43,179 bases of DNA from Acutalibacteraceae bacterium (GTDB lineage Bacteria > Bacillota > Clostridia > Oscillospirales > Ruminococcaceae), in contig CAVJGY010000001.1 of assembly GCA_963648915.1 (NCBI GenBank), positions 1-43,179 on the forward strand. Reading direction: 5' to 3'. A program made the translations under genes and the position numbers. Shown one piece after another: positions 40,101-43,179 of this stretch. Positions within the stretch are counted from its first letter, which is position 1. The number at the start of each line of letters is the position of its first letter. The notes below the pieces were generated by a model, which was not told the DNA's origin, did not search any database, and saw only the letters and a list, made by a program, of their open reading frames with translations.

Positions 40101-40685
40101 GCTTCCGGCGAGGATGTCAACGTCATGGTCTTCGATACTGAGATGTACTCCAACACCGGTGGACAGGCATCCAAGGCTTCCAACATTGGTGAAGTCTGCC
40201 AGTTCGCTGCTGCTGGTAAGGAGATCAGCAAGAAGAGCCTGTCCGAGATCGCAATGACCTACGGCTACATCTATGTTGCTCAGATCGCTCTGGGCGCAAA
40301 CATGAACCAGGCTGTCAAGGCAATTGCTGAGGCTGAGGCTTATCCCGGCCCGTCTCTGATCATTGGTTACGCACCCTGCGAGCTGCACGGCGTCAAGGGC
40401 GGCATGACCAACTGCCAGAACGAGATGAAGAAGGCTGTCGAGGCTGGTTACTGGAACCTGTTCACCTTCAACCCGGCAAACAAGGCTCAGGGCAAGAACC
40501 CGTTCACCCTGACCTCCAAGGCTGTGGACAACGAGAAGTATCAGGCATTGCTGGCAAACGAGACCCGTTACAGCCGTCTGACTCGTGCATTCCCCGAGCG
40601 TGCAAAGACCCTGTTCGAGCGCAACCAGAAGGTTGCAAACGACCGTTACGAGCACCTGTCTCGTCTGGTCGAGCTGTACAAGTAA
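37134..40685 (+). CDS. nifJ: Pyruvate:ferredoxin (flavodoxin) oxidoreductase
   Basis: YPITPSS, FTASQGLLLM, two CxxCxxCxxxC motifs, EFSGSCAGC, GGDGWAYDIG, YSNTGGQ. Codon bias typical of a highly expressed gene. Confidence 0.97.
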   Translation: MPIVRAKQTMDGNTAAAHVAYAYTDVAAIYPITPSSPMADSVDQWSAAGQKNIFGNQVKVVEMESEAGAAGAVHGSLGAGAVTTTFTASQGLLLMIPNMYKIAAEQLPCVFDVSARTVATQSLNIFGDHSDVMACRQTGFAMLAESSVQEVMDLSPVAHLCAIEGKVPFLNFFDGFRTSHEYQKIEKWDYADLKEMCNMEAIEEFRKKALNPEHPKMRGSHENGDVFFQHREACNSVYDALPAVVEKYMAKINEKLGTNYDLFNYYGAPDADRVIVAMGSICDVADEVIDYLNAKGEKVGIIKVRLYRPWVSASLLKVLPKTAKKVAVLDRTKEPGSLGEPLYLDVATTLREAGLNDIVLTGGRYGLGSKDTPPSSIFALYKELEKDQPKERFTLGITDDVTFLSLPEVKPAPITAAAGTKECKFWGLGGDGTVGANKNSVKIIGDHTDKYVQAYFQYDSKKTGGVTISHLRFGDKPIRSPYYINQADFVACHNPAYIHMGMKMVQDVKPGGVFMINCQWTDEELDEHLNAADKKYIADNNIQLYTINAIDKAIEIGMGKRTNTILQSAFFKLADVMPIEDAVNFMKQAAQKSYGKKGQDVVEMNWKAIDAGVDAIHKVDVPASWSNPEADPAPKELSGRPELVKQIRDVMEPIARMDGDSLPVSSFTANANGEWEQGASAYEKRGTAVNVPEWDASKCVGCNQCAFVCSHATIRPFQLTADELAAAPAQTKSRDNRPANEYKFVMAVSPLDCMGCGECVTVCPTKAIAMVPQDSQADQQEVFDYCVANISKKPSKFADDTVIGSQFNQPLLEFSGSCAGCAETSYARLITQLFGEKMYISNATGCSSIWGGTASISPYTVNKDSGHGPAWCNSLFEDNAEHGLGLYLGQKTVRENLIKEIAEVAESDKASAELKAAFEKFMETKNNTKANDEPAKALIAELEKAAAAGCEKSAEILKSKEFIAKKSVWIFGGDGWAYDIGFGGLDHVLASGEDVNVMVFDTEMYSNTGGQASKASNIGEVCQFAAAGKEISKKSLSEIAMTYGYIYVAQIALGANMNQAVKAIAEAEAYPGPSLIIGYAPCELHGVKGGMTNCQNEMKKAVEAGYWNLFTFNPANKAQGKNPFTLTSKAVDNEKYQALLANETRYSRLTRAFPERAKTLFERNQKVANDRYEHLSRLVELYK

Positions 40686-40704
40686 TCTTTCCCTCTGAAT
40701 CAAC

Positions 40705-41106
40705 GCGGACATTTTCCGCAGCGGCACCGAGTCCGAAAGGCAGCTGCTCCGTACTGGCGATTACTGCGTAACGCAGCAGTGCGAAACTGTGGAGCGTCCA
40801 AGGCGAAACAGAACAAGATTCCCGTACAAACCGAACGGTTCTGCGCAAACGCGCAACAAGTGATTTCATTTCCCTGCTCTGTCCCTGTTCGCGACAGCGC
40901 AGAGCGGGGTTCATTGAAATACCAAAGCACCCGTGAGGGTCCTTGAGAGCACATCTCGCGTGTGTCAGAAGCATAAGGTCTGCTTGCAGATACCTTGCTC
41001 CGCCTGAGGCATAAGACCTGCTTTGCAGGGATCTTGTCCCAGTGAAAAACAGAATCCTGTTTTTGCCGCCCCATCCACTGGCAACAGTGCTTGGGGCGGT
41101 TTTTTT
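40705..41106 (+). ncRNA. Unidentified highly structured ~400-nt element (nifJ 3' trailer, ncRNA or composite repeat)
   Basis: More than 8 hairpins, GNRA loops, G-U pairs favouring the plus strand, long-range pairing 40813-40823/41028-41037, and a terminator at the end. Confidence 0.45.
41066..41106 (+). terminator. Intrinsic terminator closing the nifJ transcript
   Basis: CCGCCCCA-tc-CACTG-gcaa-CAGTG-ct-TGGGGCGG-TTTTTTT. Confidence 0.8.
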
Positions 41107-41152
41107 GCATGAAAAGGCCGAAATATAAAATTTCACTTTTTCCAAAAGTCCT

Positions 41153-41206
41153 TTTACAGTTTCTTCATAGCTTCTTCATGAAATCAAATGTGAAAGCTGT
41201 TATACT
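41153..41206 (+). promoter_or_regulatory. Activator-type promoter: three 11-bp-period direct repeats plus extended -10
   Basis: TTTACAgtttc/TTCATAgcttc/TTCATGaaatc at 41153, 41164 and 41175, then TGtTATACT at 41198-41206. No canonical -35. Confidence 0.55.
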
Positions 41207-41212
41207 TCTGTC

Positions 41213-41332
41213 ATAAGGAATCGGGGCCGCAACCGATCCCTTGTACATGATTCCTCCTCACACCAAGGCAATATCCAAACAGAACGCCCTTTCCGGTAAG
41301 CCGCAAGACCGGAGAGGGCGTTCTGCGTTTTT
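41213..41332 (+). ncRNA. Putative ~120-nt trans-acting sRNA with anti-AUG/anti-SD seed
   Basis: 5' hairpin (AAGG-A-ATCGG...CCGAT-C-CCTT), single-stranded ACATGATTCCTCCTCA, and an 18-bp terminator stem at 41280-41325 followed by CGTTTTT. Has its own promoter. Confidence 0.6.
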
Positions 41333-41354
41333 CTGGGAAAAACACTCTTTGGGC

Positions 41355-41383
41355 TTGACCCCTGTTTTTCACGGCGATATAAT
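41355..41383 (+). promoter_or_regulatory. sigmaA promoter of mgtE
   Basis: TTGACC-17 bp-TATAAT. Confidence 0.8.
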
Positions 41384-41389
41384 AAAACA

Positions 41390-41621
41390 GAACTAAGATT
41401 TTTAGGAGGTGAACGCAGGACAATGGACCCGGATCATAGTCGAAGACGATGGAATGATGCGGCAGACCGGACGACAAAAACGGCTGCGTTCGCCTTTTTT
41501 GCGCGCTGAAAAGCAGACAACGTAAAAAGGGCGTGTCTTTGCGCGTAAAGATTCGCGCTGCGGTACAGGATTTTTGAATTGCGGCTTGCTGTATCCTCCC
41601 ATGGAAAAGGAGGAGCAACAA
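41390..41621 (+). promoter_or_regulatory. Structured ~230-nt mgtE leader with alternative helices and a candidate uORF (41423-41509)
   Basis: Mutually exclusive helices 41407-41418/41484-41495 and 41491-41503/41521-41533, and an anti-SD TCCTCC at 41594-41599 next to the mgtE RBS. Confidence 0.55.
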
Positions 41622-43179
41622 ATGAACGAAGAAAAGAAGCTGGCAGCAATGCCGGAAAACGAAGCGGCACTCCCGGTGCAGGAATTGCCGGACGATATCC
41701 CCGACGAGGTGCGCCAGAAATTGGCCGAGGACCTGAACGAGGAGGCGACCGAGGACCTGAAGCAGGACATCCGGGAGGCCGAAGCCGAGGAAGCCAACGA
41801 TGAAGAGGTCAAGGCCGACCCGGAGATGCTGACAAAGAGCCGCCTGCTCAAGCTGCTGGTGAAAAAGCAGTACGTCAAGCTGCGCGAGGTCACCGAGGAA
41901 GAGCAGCCCGCCGACCTTGCCGAGCTGCTGGAAGAACTGGACGAGAACAATCGTCTGGTCGTGTTTCGTCTACTGAAAAAGGACGTTGCAACAGAAGCTT
42001 TCGCCTATATGTCGGACGAGGCCCGCGACGATTTGGTGAACGCCTTCTCGGATGTCGAGCTTGTCAGTGCCATCGAGGAGATGAGTCTTGACGATGCTGC
42101 CGACCTGCTGGAAGATATGCCTGCGGGCGTTGTGAAGCGCGTTTTGGAGAAGTCCTCCCGCCAGACCCGTGAGAGTCTGAACAAGCTGCTGAACTACCCC
42201 GAAAGCTCGGCCGGCAGCCTGATGACCCCCGAATACGTCCGCCTGCGCAAGGACATGAAGGTCAGCGATGCGTTCGCGGCCATCCGGACGCAGGGCGAGA
42301 ACGCCGAGACGGTCTACACCTGCTATGTGGTCGAGCGAAACCGTCTGCTGGGTGTTGTGTCGGCAAGAAATCTGCTGCTGGCAGAGCCGAACGCACCCAT
42401 CACCGATATCATGGACGACAATGTTGTCACCGTGAAGGTCACGGACGATCAGGAATATGTCGCCCGTGAGATGCAGCGTTACGACTTCACCGCGATGCCG
42501 GTCGTCGACAACGAGGGCATGTTCGTCGGTATCATCACCATCGACGATGCAATCGACGTCCTGACCGACGAGTCCACCGAGGATATGCAGAAGATGGCGG
42601 CTATCTTGCCTGCTGACGAAGCGACCACCTATTTCGGCACGAGCGTCTGGACACACGCCAAGCAGCGTATCCCTTGGCTTCTGATTTTGATGCTGTCGGC
42701 GACCTTCACCGGCATGGTGACGACCCACTATGAAGAGGCCTTCGTCAGCCTGCCCCTGCTGGTTTCCTTCATGCCCATGCTGATGGATACCGCGGGCAAC
42801 TGCGGCAACCAGATCAGTACCCTGATGGTTCGCGGTCTTGCTCTGGGCGAGGTCGAGCCTTCCGACTTCCTGCGCGTCCTCGGCAAGGAACTGCGCGTTT
42901 CCTGCATCGTCGGCGCGGTGCTGGGCATCGTCAACGGCCTGCGCATCTACCTGATGTACACCTTCATCTATGCAGGTCAGTATGAGAATGTCCTCGGCTA
43001 TGCCCTCGTCGTCAGCGTGTCGCTCTTCCTCAGCGTTATTCTGGCAAAGCTGGTCGGCGGTATGCTCCCCTTGGCCGCGAAGAAGCTGGGCGCAGACCCC
43101 GCGATCATGGCGACGCCCTTCATCACTACCATCGTCGATGCGTGCAGCTTGATTTTGTATTTCCAGATCGCGATGATGG
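41622..43179 (+). CDS. mgtE: Magnesium transporter MgtE (runs off the window end)
   Basis: Read by hand, since it is absent from the ORF track (no stop codon). AAGGAGG RBS, MNEEKK.., QPADLAELLEEL, LLNYPESSAGSLMTPEY, a CBS pair, RIPWLLILM, DTAGNCGNQ, DPAIMATPFITTIVD. Confidence 0.93.
   Translation, partial: MNEEKKLAAMPENEAALPVQELPDDIPDEVRQKLAEDLNEEATEDLKQDIREAEAEEANDEEVKADPEMLTKSRLLKLLVKKQYVKLREVTEEEQPADLAELLEELDENNRLVVFRLLKKDVATEAFAYMSDEARDDLVNAFSDVELVSAIEEMSLDDAADLLEDMPAGVVKRVLEKSSRQTRESLNKLLNYPESSAGSLMTPEYVRLRKDMKVSDAFAAIRTQGENAETVYTCYVVERNRLLGVVSARNLLLAEPNAPITDIMDDNVVTVKVTDDQEYVAREMQRYDFTAMPVVDNEGMFVGIITIDDAIDVLTDESTEDMQKMAAILPADEATTYFGTSVWTHAKQRIPWLLILMLSATFTGMVTTHYEEAFVSLPLLVSFMPMLMDTAGNCGNQISTLMVRGLALGEVEPSDFLRVLGKELRVSCIVGAVLGIVNGLRIYLMYTFIYAGQYENVLGYALVVSVSLFLSVILAKLVGGMLPLAAKKLGADPAIMATPFITTIVDACSLILYFQIAMM

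Noticed and set aside
37032..40727. 1231-aa minus-strand ORF, and similar long antisense ORFs at 69-1283, 8478-9914, 11920-13659, 14518-15963, 16026-18803, 18886-20448 and 31211-33676
   Set aside because: These are shadow frames opposite well-recognised genes, caused by GC-rich codon bias. They have no recognisable motifs.
40705..41106. RNase P RNA, tmRNA, group II intron, tracrRNA or hammerhead identity for the structured region
   Set aside because: It lacks GAGGAAAGUCC, a tRNA-like CCA end, a proper domain V and CUGAUGA. The GGCACCGAGTC resemblance to a tracrRNA tail lacks its pairing partner, and no cas genes are present.
40504..41145. Minus-strand ORFs of 213 aa and 136 aa over the nifJ trailer
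   Set aside because: No recognisable domain. They overlap nifJ and/or its terminator, and G-U pairing favours a plus-strand RNA.
41165..41248. 27-aa minus-strand ORF MYKGSVAAPIPYDRSITAFTFDFMKKL with AGGAGG, as a possible type I toxin
   Set aside because: The SD-ATG spacing is only 4 nt, the peptide has no TM helix, and the promoter and terminator point to the plus strand. Retained only as the alternative to the sRNA model.

Overview
This window is the chromosomal replication-origin region of a GC-rich Clostridia-class gut anaerobe. Faecalibacterium/Gemmiger-like Oscillospiraceae is my inference from gene order and protein style. The core cluster is serS-parB-soj-noc-rsmG-(prdX)-mnmG-mnmE-[GGDEF, cpdB-like]-jag-yidC-yidD-rnpA-rpmH on the minus strand and dnaA-oriC-dnaN-yaaA-recF-remB-gyrB-gyrA on the plus strand. 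It carries four parS-like sites, a Noc-binding-site core upstream of noc, and a DnaA-trio run between dnaA and dnaN. The left flank holds a DUF362 Fe-S protein, uppP, a trkA-trkA-bPH2-bPH2-HAD operon, a probable bile-acid 12alpha-HSDH, tRNA-Glu and tRNA-Met. The right flank holds a yybP-ykoY riboswitch with mntP, gntR, rluA, a NUDIX hydrolase, nifJ (PFOR) and a truncated mgtE. I saw no transposase, integrase, phage gene or CRISPR array. The most interesting unexplained signals are non-coding. The 936-bp nifJ-mgtE gap holds three separate elements: a roughly 400-nt highly structured RNA-like 3' trailer of nifJ, a csRNA-like anti-SD small RNA under 11-bp direct repeats, and an MgtL-like uORF/attenuator leader on mgtE. 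Around the tRNAs there is an inverted tRNA-3'-end cloverleaf element and a GGA-rich stem-loop spacer. All gene identities come from recognised motifs and recalled homologues, not from database searches.
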